DNA from: the human T2T-CHM13v2.0 reference genome, Homo sapiens | Length of the DNA: 64,000 bases | Assembly: GCF_009914755.1 (NCBI RefSeq) | Contig: NC_060926.1 | Reading direction: 5' to 3' (one strand) | Shown here: positions 15,750-30,468 of the stretch, piece after piece | How the letters are laid out: the number at the start of each line of letters is the position of its first letter | How positions within the stretch are numbered: the first letter of the stretch is position 1 | Notes under the pieces: generated by a model | What the model saw: only the letters and a program-made list of their open reading frames with translations | Databases searched by the model: none | What the model was told of the DNA's origin: nothing | Position numbers and translations under genes: made by a program

Positions 15750-16050
15750 GGCCAGGCGTGGTGGCTCACGTCTGTAATCCCAGCACTTTGGGAGGGTGAG
15801 GTGGGCAGATCTTGAGGTCAGGAGTTTGAGACCAGCCTGGCCAACACAGGGAAACCCCGTCTCTACTAAAAATACAAAAATTAGCTGGGCGTGGTGGTGC
15901 GTGCCTGTAATCCCAGCTACTTGGGAGGCTTGAGGCAGGAGAATTGCTTGAACCAGGGTGTCAGAGGTTGCAGTGAGCTGAGACCGCACCACTGCACTCC
16001 AGCCTAGCAACAGAGTGAGACTCTGTCTCAAAAAAAAGAAAAAGAAAAAA
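15750..16050 (+). mobile_element. AluS inserted in L1 ORF2
   Basis: Full dimer with AAGAAAAGAG duplicated at the flanks. Confidence 0.92.
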
Positions 16051-17440
16051 GAAAAGAGAGAATAATCAAATAGAATAAAAAATGATAAAGGGGAGCTCAC
16101 CACTGACCCCACAAAAATACAAACATCGGAGAATACTATAAACACCTCTATGCAAATAAACTAGAAAATCTAGAAGAAATGAATAAATTCCTGGACACAT
16201 ACACCCTCCCAAGACTGAACCAGGAAGAAGCTGAATCCCTAAACAGACCAATAACAAGTTCTGAAATTGAGACAGCAACAAATGGCCTACCAACCAAAAA
16301 AACGCCAGGACCAAATGAATTTACAGCTGAACTCTACCACAGGTACAAAGAGGAACTAGTACCATTTCTTTTAAAACTATTCCAAACAACTGAAAAGGAG
16401 GAACTCCTCCCTAACTCATTTTATGATGCCAGCATCATCCTGATACCAAAACCTGGCAGAGATACAACAAAAAAAGAAAATTTCAGGCCAACATCCCTGA
16501 TGAACATCAATGCAAAAATCCTCAATAAAATACTGGCAAACCGAATCCAGCAGCACATCAAAAAGCCTATCCACCACGATCAAGTCAGCTTCATTCCTGG
16601 AATGCAAGGCTGGTTCAACATATGCAAATCAGTATTTCATCACATAAACAGAACTAAAGAAAAAAACCACATGATTATCTCAATAGATGCAGAAAAGGCC
16701 TTTGATAAAATTCAACATCCCTTCATGTTAAAAACTCTCAATAAACTAGGTATTGATGGAATCTATCTCAAAATAATAGCCATTTATGACAACCCACAGC
16801 CAATATTATATTGAATGGGCAAAAGCTGGAAGCATTCCCTTTGAAAACCAGCACAAGACAAGGATGCCCTCTCTCACCACTCCTATTCAACATAGTATTG
16901 GAATTTCTGGCCAGGGCAATCAGGCAAGAGAAAGAAATAAAGGGTATTCAAATAGGAAGAGAGGAAGTCAAACTGTCTCTGTTTGCAGATGACATGATCC
17001 TATATCTAGAAAACCCCTTCACCTCAGCCCAAAAGTGTCTTAGGCTGATAAGTAACTTCTGCAAAGTTTCAAGATACAAAATCAATGTGCAAAAATCACA
17101 ACCATTCCTATACACCAACAATAGACAAGCAGAGAGCCAAATCATGAGTGAACTCCCATTCACAACTGCTATAAAGGAAGTAAAATATCTAGGAATATTT
17201 AACATAATGGTTAACAAGGGAAGTGAAGGACCTCTTCAAGGATAACTACAATCCACTGCTTAAGGAAATCAGAGAGGACACAAACAAATGGAAAAACATT
17301 CCATGCTCATGGATAGGAAGAATCAATATCATGAAAATGATCATACTGCCCAAAGTAATTTATAGATTCAATGTTATTCCCATTAAACTGCCATTGACAT
17401 TCTTCACAGAATTAGAAAAACTACTTTAAAATTCATATGG

Positions 17441-17740
17441 GGCCAGGCATGGTGGCTCACACCTGTAATCACAGCACTTTGGGAGGCCAAGACAGGTGGA
17501 TCACCTGAGGTCAGGAGTTCGAGACCAACCTGACCAAACCCTGTCTCTTAAAACTACAAAAAAAATTAGTCAGGCGTGGTGTCGCATGCCTGTAATCCCA
17601 GCTATTTGGGAAGCTCAGGCAGGAGAACCGCTTGAAGCTGGGAGGTGGAACTTGCAGTGAGCCAAGATCGCACCATTTCATTCCAGCCTGGGTGACAAGA
17701 GCAAAAATCCGTCGCAAGAAAATAAAATAAAATAAAATAA
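17441..17740 (+). mobile_element. AluS inserted in L1 ORF2
   Basis: TSD AAAATTCATATGG. Confidence 0.92.
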
Positions 17741-18014
17741 AATTCATATGGAACCAAAAAAAAGTGTGTATAGCCAAGATAATCCTAAGCAAAAAGAACA
17801 AAGCTGGAGGTATCATGCTACCCGACCTCAAACTATACTACAAGGCTACAGTAACCAACACAGCATTGTACTGGTACAAAAACAGACACATAGATCAATG
17901 CAACAGAATAGAGATCTCAGAAATAAGACCACACATCTACAACCATCTGATCTTCAACAAACCTGACAAAAATAAGCAATGGGAAAAGGATTCCCTATTT
18001 AATAAATGCTGTTG

Positions 18015-18474
18015 ACAGGTACACATACGTTTATTGTGGCACTATTCACAATAGCAAAGACTTGGAACGAACCCAAATGTCCATCAATGATAGACCGGAT
18101 TAAGAAAATGTGGCACATATACACCATGGAATACTATGCAGCCATACAAAAGGGTGAGTTTATGTCCTTTGCAGGGACATAGATGAAGCTGGAAACCATC
18201 ATTCTCAGCAAACTATCACAAGATCAGAAAACCAAACACTGCATGTTCTCACTCATAGGTGGGAGTTGAATAATGAGAACACATGGACACAGGGAGGGGA
18301 ACATCATACACTGGGGCCTGTTGGGAGGTAGGGGCCTGGGGGAGGCATAGCATTAGGAGAAATACCTAATGTAAATGACCAGTTGATGGGTGCAGCAAAC
18401 CAACATGGCACATGCATACATATGTAACAAATCTGCACGTTGTGCACATGTACCCTAGAACTTAAAGTATAATA
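18015..18474 (+). mobile_element. Younger 5'-truncated L1PA 3' end nested inside L1 ORF2
   Basis: A second copy of the L1 3'UTR ending CTTAAAGTATAATAA. Degenerate TSD AATAAATGCTGTTG / AATAAATGGTGCTG. Confidence 0.88.
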
Positions 18475-18688
18475 AATAAATGGTGCTGAGAGAACTGGCT
18501 AGCCATATGCAGAAAAACTAAAACTGGACCCCTTTCCTACACCTTATGCAAAATTTCACTCAAGATGAATTAAAAACTTAAATGTAAAACCCAAAACTAC
18601 AGAAACCCTAGAAGAAAATCTAGGCAAAACCATTCAGGACATAGGCATGGACAAAGATTTCACAATGAAAATGTCAAAAGCAGTTGCA

Positions 18689-18988
<300 letters not shown>

Positions 18989-20574
18989 AAAGCAGTTGCA
19001 ACAAAAGCAAAAATTGACAAATGGGATCTAATGAAACTAAAGAGCTTCTGCATAGCAAAAGAAACTATCATCAGAGTGAACAAACAACCTACAGAATGGG
19101 AAAAGTTTGCAATCTATCCATCTGACAAAGGTCTAATATCTAGAATTTACAAGGAACATAAATTTACAAGAAAAAAACAACCCCACTAAGAAGTGGACAA
19201 AGGACATGAAGAGACACTTTTCAAAAGAGGACATTTATGCAGCCAACAAACATGTGAAAAAAAGCTAGACATCACTAATCATTGAGAAATGCAAATCAAA
19301 ACCACAATGAGATACCATCTCTTGCCAGTCAGAATGGCAGTAATTAAAAAGTCAAGAAACAACAGATGCTGGCGGGGCTGTGGAGCAACAGGAAAGCTTT
19401 TCCACTATTGGTGGGAATGCATATTGGTTCAACCACTGTGAAAAACAGTGTGATGATTCCTCAAAGATCTAGAACCAGAAATACCATTTGACCTAGCAAT
19501 CTCATTATTGGGTATATACCAAAAGGAATATCAATCATTCTGTTATAAAGATACATGCAAATGTATTTCCACTGCAGCACCATTCACAATAGCAAAAACA
19601 TGGAATTAGTCCAAATGCCCATCAATGATAGACTGGATAAAGAAAATGTGGCACATGTATGCCAGGAATAGCATGCAGCCATAAAAAGGAACAAGATCAT
19701 GTCCTTTGCAGGGACATGGATGAAGCCAGAAGCCATTATCCTCAGCAAACTAACACAGGAACAGAAAACCAAACACCACATATTCTCACTTATAAGTGGG
19801 AGCTGAACAATGAGAACACATGGACACAGGAAGGGGAACAACACACACTGGGTAGAGCCTGTCGGGGGTTGTGGTGGGAGGGAGTGTACCAGGATAAATA
19901 ACTAATGCATGTGGGGCTTAATACCTAGGTGATGGGTTGATAGGTGCAACCATGGCACACATTTGTAACAAAGCTGCACATCCTGCATATGTATCCTGGA
20001 ACTTAAAACTTTAAAAATAATAAAATTTTTAAAAATAAAAAATTTCCAACAAAAATTTCACCTACCAGTTACAGAATCCACTGATGATTCTGCCCAAATA
20101 AATTATTACTATGAGAATTGCCAAAGATGATTTTCTAATTCCAACATTTTTCTACATAAGTTGGTATTATACTGTAAGGTAGAGCTTTCCAATTGAAACT
20201 TATTTATAAATTTCATGTATGTACTTGTGAATTTCAACTTACTTAATGAGTTAAATGTATTATTATTTATTCTGACATTCAAAATGTCCCAGATTTGGCC
20301 ACTGGAGTTCCTTCAAGCTTGCTCCTGTGTGCTTTTGACATGGTTTTATCATTCTCTCAACATTTCATTGTTTTCTGGCACAGCAAGCTATTTCTCTAAG
20401 AGGCCCTGAACCCTTTTAGTGGAAAATGATAGTTAAAAATAGAGATGTGGACACTAGTGTGCTCACTGCTACTAGACTGTCATTGCTTCTAAGTCCTCTC
20501 AGAGATCAGAGGTAGGAAATATATGTAGGTATACACACAAATACACACACACATACATACATACATACATACAG

Positions 20575-20927
20575 CCCACTGCTGGTGCAATGACTGAAAG
20601 GATTGCATTTCTAATTCTAGTCTTAAGACCATCCAAAGAACAAGGTTTTGATGCATATACGACAGTTTTAACATAACTCCATCAAAAAATTGTAATGTTA
20701 ATAGAACAAGTGAGACACAGAACAGCAAGCAACACGATCTCTTCTACTACTAATTCACTAGTCTGAAAAAGTGTCATCCAGAAAATGCCACATATGGAAC
20801 GTATAACAAGTCCTCTGCTTGTTGAAAAATAGCATCATTTAATGGAATAACCACTGTAGTATGGAAATGAAAAAATACGGAAGCACTGCCAAGTAAAATT
20901 TATCACTGATTATAGGTTCTTCAAAAA
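20575..20927 (-). mobile_element. Fossil Tc1/mariner-superfamily transposase, C-terminal catalytic part
   Basis: Hand translation with frameshifts: FEEPII..YLAVL..., AIFQQ, HFLDDTF, WSYVKTVVYASKPCSLDGLKTRIRNAILSV. Confidence 0.75.
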
Positions 20928-21520
20928 GAAAAAGCCAATAGACACATAAAGCCACATATTGTATAATTTCATATATATGAAATGTGTAGATGGGGCAAAT
21001 CCATAGAGACACTGAGTAGATTACTTGCTGGGACTGCAGGGAGGGAGAAATGGGGAATGACTACTAATGCATATAGGCCTGCTTTTTGGGTTGATAAAAA
21101 TGTTCTCAATTAGATAGTGGTTGCTATGGTTTCAATGTATCCCTTAAGATAGGTTCTTAGGAGGCAATTCAGGTTAAATTGAGGTCATAAGGGTAGATCC
21201 CTAGTGCAAAAGGACTGTGGCCTTAAAAAAGAGAAAGAAAACACACTCCCTGTTTCTCACCATATGATGCCTTCTACCACACAGCAAGAAGGACTTCATC
21301 CTTCATGCAGCCCCTTGAAATTGGGCTTGTCAGCCTCCAGAACTGTAAGAGATAAATTTCTTCACTTTATAAACTACCCACTCTCAGGTATTCTGTTCTA
21401 GCAACAGAAAATGGGCTAAGACAGTGGCGATGGTGGCAAACTTTTGAGTATACTAAAAACTATTAAATTGTACACTTTAAAAGGGTGAATTTTAGGGTAT
21501 ATGAATTATATCACAATAAA
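20928..21520 (+). mobile_element. L1MB-type 3' end interrupting the transposase fossil
   Basis: CCACATATTGTATAATTTCAT...GGCAAATCCATAGAGAC...ATATGAATTATATCACAATAAA. Confidence 0.8.
21122..21423 (+). mobile_element. MaLR LTR (MST/MLT1-like) nested in the L1MB fragment
   Basis: TGCTATGGTTT...GGGCTAAGACA. TSD GTGGT/GTGGC. Confidence 0.82.
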
Positions 21521-22125
21521 AATGGAGGGCTGGTAATGCAAGATTCCTTAATGGCCCACCAAACATTAACTTTTGGGGATTCTCATGTTGCTAAACTTTG
21601 GTGGCTTCTCTGTACATAAAACGAAGTACTTTTGACAGAAAACACTGTCACTTAGGTGGAAAGGTGCTTCATTATAAGGGTCAACTTGTCAAGAATATTT
21701 TTGGAAATTTCATTTTCTCATTTCATTAGATGACAGAAGCCAAGTTCAGCCTGGTTAACTTGTAGCATTTATACATTTAGGTATGCTTCGGAATTTCACT
21801 GTTAGAATTCTGTAACCTGTGGTTTTGGAATATTCAATTCAGCAAATGTGCAGTGCATGCTTTTGGGACTCTGCTAACACTGCCTCAATTTCAGCCACAG
21901 TTTTTCTGCTTGCTGGCATCTCCCAGATCTAGGCTTGTTGTGAACTATGGACCCAGTTTCCTTGAAGTTTTCATCCAGTTGTTAATTCAATGTCTGTGGG
22001 GAACCTCCTTCTTACGACAGGAAGTGAGTTTTCTTGTTTCTGTCATCGTGAGTTTGAGTTCGGCTAACCAGATAGCACAATTAACTTTTTTTCAATGTTT
22101 GCTGATCTTCAATCAACTGAAATGA
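21521..22125 (-). mobile_element. Fossil Tc1/mariner-superfamily transposase, N-terminal/HTH part
   Basis: Hand translation with frameshifts: FKETGS..KPRSGR, SPKS, ELNIPK.TGYRIL, NEAPFHLSDSV, SPKVNVWWAI, ITSPPF. Confidence 0.78.
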
Positions 22126-22254
22126 AAAATCAAAGTTAAAATTTCGTTATTCAAAATTAACAAAGATAAATGACTATAAAACAAATGTAAATAATTAAAG
22201 TTTCAAATGATGTTCTTTCTAAATCTATAGTATTTATACTTGTGATGTTACTAA

Positions 22255-22567
<313 letters not shown>

Positions 22568-23645
22568 AAAACTGCACTTTTTAAAAAGATCAGACTACTG
22601 TCCAGAATGATGAAAGCAAAACGAGATTTATCCTAAAGCATTAAGGTCATGAAAAGGCTGAACACAGAATGATTATCAAATCCCAGATTATTAGACTTAA
22701 AATTTTCAACCTTCAAAGCTTGCAGGATATTGTTTTAAGACCAAAAAAAGTAATGCGTTATTTTTTATAAAACTTATGAATTTGTTATGAATACATAGAC
22801 TGAAAATTCAATTCGCTTCAATACGAGTTTGAATAAATGTATGGATGACTGTTGGTCAGAACCAACAGAATATAAGCTGGAGATATACACCTTGAAAATA
22901 CACAGGTATGTATTTTAAATAACCTTAGAAAATTAAAGAAATATTTAAACTCTATAGGATATGAATTATAGTATAATAAAACATCAAGGAGTCACTGAGA
23001 AAAATAAGGTGTCAGTGGTTGAGCATTGTGCTTTCATTCAATTCACTTCTGAATCATTGTATCTTACCAATGCCTTGCTAAATGTAAATTCTCAAGGAAT
23101 TAATGAATAAATTACTATATTGATAGATAATCTTAAAAAGCAAGCAGGAAATCACCATATATAACCTGGAATCCCACATTAGTTAAGCCTCTATTTTTGA
23201 AAAAATACTGAATTATATTATAGGTTATATAACTAAAGAGAAAAGTTGTAAACCTGAGCAGGTTGAATAAAAAACCACAAACACAATTTAAAACTTTGCA
23301 AAGGAGATTGATTAGTCAAAACTCTTATCCTTGACATCTCCCTCTCTCTCACCATCTGCAGGTACATATATAGCCATCGCCCAGTCCTGTCTATTCTATA
23401 TCCTAAATATTTCTGAATGTCTAGTTTTATATCCACTGCCACCATCATCTTCTACCTCAACAATCTATTACAGTCTCCTAACTCATCTATACTCAGTACT
23501 TTCTCTATGCTACAGACAGATCCTTTAAGATATAAAATGGATCCTTCTCTTCTCCAACCTCAAATTCTCCGAGAATTCCCATCCATTTCCCTTTACTTGG
23601 TTTGCAGGACCTCGAATGTACCACTCTGATCTGTTTTTATACGTC

Positions 23646-24103
23646 TGTGAAAAGAAAATATCTTGGTCCCCCAAAATCACCAAAGAAAACTCAAGCTGGA
23701 AGCTGCTTAGGGCAAACCTGCCTCTCATTCAATTCAAAGTCACTCCTCTGCTCACTGAGATAGATGGATATCTGATTTGCGTCCTTTGGAAAAGCTAATT
23801 AGAAACTCAAAAGAATGTAACCATTTGTGTCTCACCTATCTGTGACCTGGAAGCTCTCCCCACTTCTAGTCGTCCTGCCTTTGCTTCAAGTTGTCCTGCC
23901 TTTCCAGACTGAGCCAATGTACTTCTTTCTTGTATTGATTGATGTCTCATGTCTCCCTAAATGTGTAAAACTAAGCTGTGCTGTGACCACTTTGGGCACA
24001 TGTTGTCAGGACTTCCTGAAGCTGTGTCACAGGCGCGTCCTCAACCTTGGCAAAATAAACTTTCTAAATTAACTGAGACCTGTCTCAGATTTTCTGGGTT
24101 CAC
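23646..24103 (+). mobile_element. ERV1 solo LTR (MER4-family-like)
   Basis: TG...CA ends, an AATAAA signal, and recalled MER4-type sequence GGGCAAACCTGCCTC. Confidence 0.75.
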
Positions 24104-24935
24104 ACTTCTGACACCAAATGTGTGGAGGTTGTCCACACCAAGCAATTCTCCAATTCTCTGGACACCAACTGGATGTCTTACAATTCAGTTCAATCCTGAC
24201 AATATCCAGAATTAGCAACAGACTCTACAGGTTTAAGAGCTCAGTCCCACAAGACTGTCCTCACTTCAGATATTGGTTGCAAGTCCCATGTTGTTGCTGA
24301 TACTTATGACTGACTAGCTATATATTCAAGGGTTCCCACGACCCCCTCCTCAGGTTCTGTAATTTGCTAGAATGGCTCATAGAACTCAGAAAGGAACCTT
24401 ACTTACTGTTACCAGTTTATCATAAAGAATACAACTTAGCAACAGCCAAATGCAAGAGATGCACAGGGCAAATGGCAGCAGGGGTCGGGTGGAGTTGAGG
24501 TCGGGGGTGGTGTGGTTGTGGGGAGAAAGGTTAGGACAGGGCTTCTATGCCTTCTACTGGCTTGCCACCCTCCCAGCACTGCAATGTGTTCACCAACCCA
24601 GAAGCTCTGAACTCTGTTATTTAGTGGCGTTAAAGGTTTCATTAATAGGCGTGAATAATTAAATCTCTGGACATTGCTGACTGAACTCAACCTCTAGCCT
24701 CTCTCCCCTCCCCTAGAGGTCAGGGAGTGGGGCTGAAAATTCAAACCCTATCCTTCCCTTGGTCTTTCTGGCTACCAGCCCCCATTCCAAAACTATCTAG
24801 GGACCCCCAGCCACCAGTCATCTTAGCATACAAAAGACATTCTTATCAACTGCAGAGATTGCAAGGGTTTTAGAAGCTATGTGCTAAAAACCAAGAACAA
24901 AGACCAAGTATATATTTCATTTCCCATTATATCAC
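24104..24935. mobile_element. MER21-like LTR, set within L2 remnants (about 23330-23640 and 24940-25375)
   Basis: CTCAGTCCCACAAGACTG and AATTTGCTAG..GGCTCA motifs, homologous to 33680-34530. Confidence 0.75.
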
Positions 24936-25534
24936 ACTCTCAACTTAACTTCATGCAGCTCCCACTTTGTTCACTAAGCTCTAGCCTCTCTAGCTTCTCT
25001 TGAGCCCCCAATACGCCAGGCTCTCTCCCACCTGAGGAGCTGGACACATGCTGATCCCTCTGTAAGAAGCACTTTTCCCCCTACTTAGCTACAGTTACAG
25101 TTTAAATATCAGTTGCTAAAAGAGGCGTTCCCCAATCCTTCCCTCTAAAGTAGACATCCCTTGTTTTTTTCCCCTTCATAGCCCATATTCTTTATTTTCA
25201 TAGCACTAATAACAGTTTGAAATTCGATATTTGTGTATTTTTTTTGATCTTTATTCTCTGTTAGACTCTGATGTTTCTTAAGGGCAGAAACCATGTCAAT
25301 TTAGTTGACCATTGTTTGGCCAGTGCCTTTCACGATGCCAGGCATCCAGTAGATATTAAACTCATTGAATAAATAATTTTTTATATACCTCATTTTGATA
25401 TAATTTGAATTAAAATCCAATAAGTATGTCTTTGAATTTAGAATAGGGTTGAGGAGTACTGAATTTAAGTGTACAAATGGGTATCCCATAAAAAATAATG
25501 ACAGCTTTTTCCACTTCCATTATGGGTAGATTAA

Positions 25535-25740
25535 GAATAATAAGAGCTAACATTTACTGAAAGTTTGCCATGTTTCAGGCACTTACATATATTAATTCAA
25601 TGATCCTTATGACAGCCATATGAGGTTGTTTGCAGGTGAAGGCACAAGGTCAGAGAGATTAATTAGCTTGCCCTAGACTAAACAAACATGAGAGAGCTGG
25701 GAATTTTTAACCCAAGCAATCTAGTTCAACTACTATGCCT
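25535..25740 (-). mobile_element. MIR
   Basis: Degenerate MIR core. Confidence 0.65.
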
Positions 25741-25941
25741 TCTAGAATAAAAGGAAACAAGTTTAAGAGTAATATAACTACTTTAGGTTAGAAAGAAGGA
25801 AGAAGTCTCTGACTATAAATGCTGAATAAATTCCTAAAAAAAAAAACAAAAAAAACCTCTCTCTCTAAAGAGCTCTAAAAATTCCACAACAGCCTCTCAT
25901 TTGTAATGGGAGATATTTATAAAAGTGCACATAGTACTATT

Positions 25942-26524
25942 TGAAACGCTTGTTTCCCACTGCCGTAAAGAAATAGCACTTGAACATAAATTTAATTTAC
26001 TCAGCAAGGCCATTTTTACTTCCTGCAGAAAGGGTACACTCACCAGCAGTTTTGCCACGAGAGTACACCAAACAAAGGAGACAGGGTCATTTATAACCTG
26101 ATGCGTCCACCCTACTGCTGTGTCCAGTTTCCATTGGCTGGAATGGGACCTCACATTTTGTATTTGTCCCGACTGGCTAGCAACTTAGAACTTGTTAAAA
26201 GAGGCAAAGGCAGAGGAGAACAAAGGAAGGAGGAAGTAACTTGTGGAACGCTAAGAAAGGTAAAAACACCTTCAAATAAGGAAGAGAAACAGGCTATGAC
26301 TTAATGCTTGCTTGGACCAGTATAAGCATGCCAGGGCAAATATTTAGGCTAAATTGTGAGAGCTAACAACATAAAGTACACTGATTTCTTTATCACGGCT
26401 AGCAGATATTTAAGAATGTTAGCACAGGTCTTTGAACAAATTTTGCTTCTAAGAGAAGTTACTATTTATTCCTAATTAAATGGGGAGGAAAGTCTTTGAA
26501 GAGGAATCTCTACTTTATTTTTCA
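25942..26524 (-). mobile_element. ERV1 solo LTR (LTR10-like)
   Basis: TG...CA boundaries with TATT/TAGT flanks, inserted in an old L1M. Subfamily is from recall only. Confidence 0.65.
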
Positions 26525-28394
26525 TAGTACCAATGTTAGAAATAGTTAAAAACTGGAAACAACCTAAATATCATTAAATGGAAAATGGAGAACAAATAAA
26601 GTATAAGGTAGAAAACAACATAGATGACTCTCAAAAACAATGTTGAACAAAGAAACAAGCTGCAGAAAAACGCTAATTTCTATAAAATTCAAAAATGATC
26701 AAAATGAAACCTTCTATTTAGAATACAAATGAAAAGTCTATGAAGAAAACCAAGAGAATAATTAACTAAAAACTTGAGACAATGGTTATCACTGGTGAGG
26801 AAAAAGAAGAATGCAATTGGGAAGGGATCTGTAGGTGATTCAAAAGCACTGTTAATGTTCTATTTCTTAAGCTGGAGAGCAGATACATGTATTTTTTTTT
26901 CCTTTGGCCTTATATATGTTATGTGTTGTTTCACATATATCTAGCTAAAGCTATACTATGTCACCAATGCAAAAAAGAAAGATCCAGCAAAATGGGAAAG
27001 CCCAAGGAAGCAATGTCATTCAAAAAAAAGACGGGAAGGTCCAAAGATTACAAGCACTATCCTACCTGATATTGAACACCTGGCTTTCTTCCTTCTATAG
27101 CTTTAGTGCTGGGAGCCTGTACTCAATTTCCTCACAAACATTTGCTAACTCACGTGGGCAAGGGCTCAGTGGGTCAGAGCTACCACTGACATGCAGAATC
27201 AAGTAGCCAGTTAACACTGTGTTGATAACTATTTCCCCCCAAATTCCCCACCTACATGAAATTTGCTGTATCCTGGTAGATGGGGCTAGCAAGCATATTT
27301 TCAGTTTACTTAGAAGCCCTCAGAAAGGACTATCTGACTATATATAGCATTGAAAGTACCCCAATGGGTAGTTTTAAAACACCTTCAGACTCTCTCATAT
27401 GCTTTGAACCCTGAGTACCTATATATAGTTAAAATCACAAAAGACAGCTCAAGAAAAGGGGTTAAGGATGTGGTTGAATGACTGGCTCCCTGCTTCTGTT
27501 AGTAGGGCCATTTTCACCACTTATCTCAATACTTATTCACTAAAACTACAGAAATAACTGGGTGCTGAGACTAAGATCACAACTGACATCCACAACTCTC
27601 ATTTTCAAATTTGGCCTTTTTCAAAAAATGGCTAATCCCATTAACTTGATGCAAATATTTATAAATGTAAAAGTACAAAAACACCCGTGTAAACAATATA
27701 TTTGTTTTATACACTGCAATAAAATGAAATATTTAACTTGGAAAAAGGGTTCTTTGCTACTTAAAAAAGGTCTGAAAACATATGTATTATCATGCATTCT
27801 CAAACTGGACAAAACGCAGAGAATTTTTATGAACTTGATGGATGTTTATGTCCTTCCCCACCAAAGAATAGCCTGATTTTTCTATCCTCCCCTTAACCTT
27901 CACCTCATCAACTTTTCCCTTAGCTTTCCTACTCTAGGCTGTTGGCTCTTGTTTTCCAGTCAAACATATTAAAATAGGGGTTGTGAGAGCAAAGGAAGGG
28001 CTAAGTGACAAAATAAAGCCAAGGGATGATGAACTTGGGATAGGTATTACCTGCCCTAGGGATTAACCACAGGGATACATCTAGGTAGATGATCATTATC
28101 ATGTTTACAGGGGAGAAATTGAAGTGTATATATTATATGTAGGAAAAACAGAATGCCAAGTACACTAGAGATGGGAATTAAATGTTTCTCATATTTCATA
28201 TTTTTGACAAATACTTTAATTTAGTTTATTCATATATTGTATTTTATTTGCCATATGCTAGTCATGAAGTTTAATTCAGTTTTCATTTTCTGAGGTGGTA
28301 TAATATAGTAGCTTGGAGCATAAACTCTGAAGTTAGACACACTGTGTTCAAATCCTTGCTCTGCCACTTACACTTTATGAAACTTTGGGTAAAT

Positions 28395-28700
28395 TTTTTT
28401 TTTCTTTTTTTTTTGAGGTGGAGTCTCATTCTGTCACCCAGGCTGGAGTGCAGTGGCGCGATCTCAGCTCACTGCAACCTCCGCCTCTTGGTTCAAGCAA
28501 TTCTCCTGCCTCAGCCTCCTGAATAGCTGGGACTACAGGTGCGTGCCACTAGGTACAGCTAATTTTTGGTATTTTTTTTTTCAGTAGAGACAGGGTTTCA
28601 CCGTGTTAGCCAGTATGGTCTCGATCTCCTGACCTCGTGATTCGCCTGCCTCGGCCTCCCAAAGTGCTGGGATTACAGGCATAAGCCATCGCGCCTGGTC
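28395..28700 (-). mobile_element. AluS inserted in a MIR
   Basis: TSD GGGTAAATT. Confidence 0.92.
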
Positions 28701-29747
28701 AGGGTAAATTATTTAACATTACCATGTGTCACTTTCCTCATGTGTAAAATAAATCAGTGTACTATATTTACATATGCCACAAACCTCACAGAAGAATGTT
28801 ATAATTTTTAAACTTAGTCATTTTTTTAATTGAGAGAAATAAATATATTTACCCATATACTTACCATTTCTGGAGTTCTCCATTCCTCAGATCCAAGTTT
28901 CCATCTGGTATCATTTCCTTTCAGCCTGAAGAATTTCCTTTAGCATTTCTTGCAGTGAAGGTCTGCTGGCAACAAAACCTCATTTTTGTTTATTCGGTGA
29001 TACTCCCTCTTTCCAAGTATAGACTTCCTTTCAGTTTATGCCTGCTATGGTCACTCTCCAGTGCCTTCAGAGAGTTGTGGGTTTTCTGTATTTTGTCCAG
29101 AATTTATCATGGTTTTCTGTAAAAGGATTAGTTCAATATGACCTACTCCACCATTACTAGAAGTGGCTCGTATTTTAAGATGCCAGAAAAGTTTTAAATA
29201 TTCAAACATTCTTGGACACAAGACCATCAGGTGAAAGATGAACTACAATGCTTCAACATGATATATTCATAGTTATTCGTATCATACCATAAATTAATTC
29301 ATGTAGTCTACTGGGTTATAATTCAGCAACCTAATTATTTCAGCACTGTTTCTATTTTTCCCACATATATTTTATATATATTTTACTCTCTCCCATGTAA
29401 ACTTGATAATGATCATCTGCCCAGACACATAATCATGTACTTGGTTTTTTCTTCTTCTCGCTTTGTTTAAAACAACAGAAACCAACTCCAGTAAACTTTA
29501 ACAGAAAGGAAAATTACTGCAAAGAAATCAGGCAAATCACAGAAGCAGTGGACGTACAGATAATCAGGCTCCAGAGGAAACCAAAGGAGGCAAGGAATGG
29601 CAAAAATCCCATATCGTGTATTCCAGTCCCATATCCCTTAACCCACTGAATACTTTTCCTCACTCCCTACCACCATACTGCTAGACTCACAACTATTCCA
29701 CAGCTACTTCATCTAATCTAACTAATCTAACACCAATTGTTTCCTTA

Positions 29748-30275
<528 letters not shown>

Positions 30276-30468
30276 TCATGCAATATGAGAAATTTGTAAA
30301 AATAACTTGTCATGCTTGTTTTTTCCTTGGTTCAATGCTTCTAATTATTTTGGAGTGAAAAGTTATGCCCAACTTAAAATCTGATATACAAAGTTCTCAT
30401 TTTTAAAACACATAAGGCAAGAAATAACTTTAGTTAGAAGAGGATTTCTGCTCTTCAAAAGTATTCAT

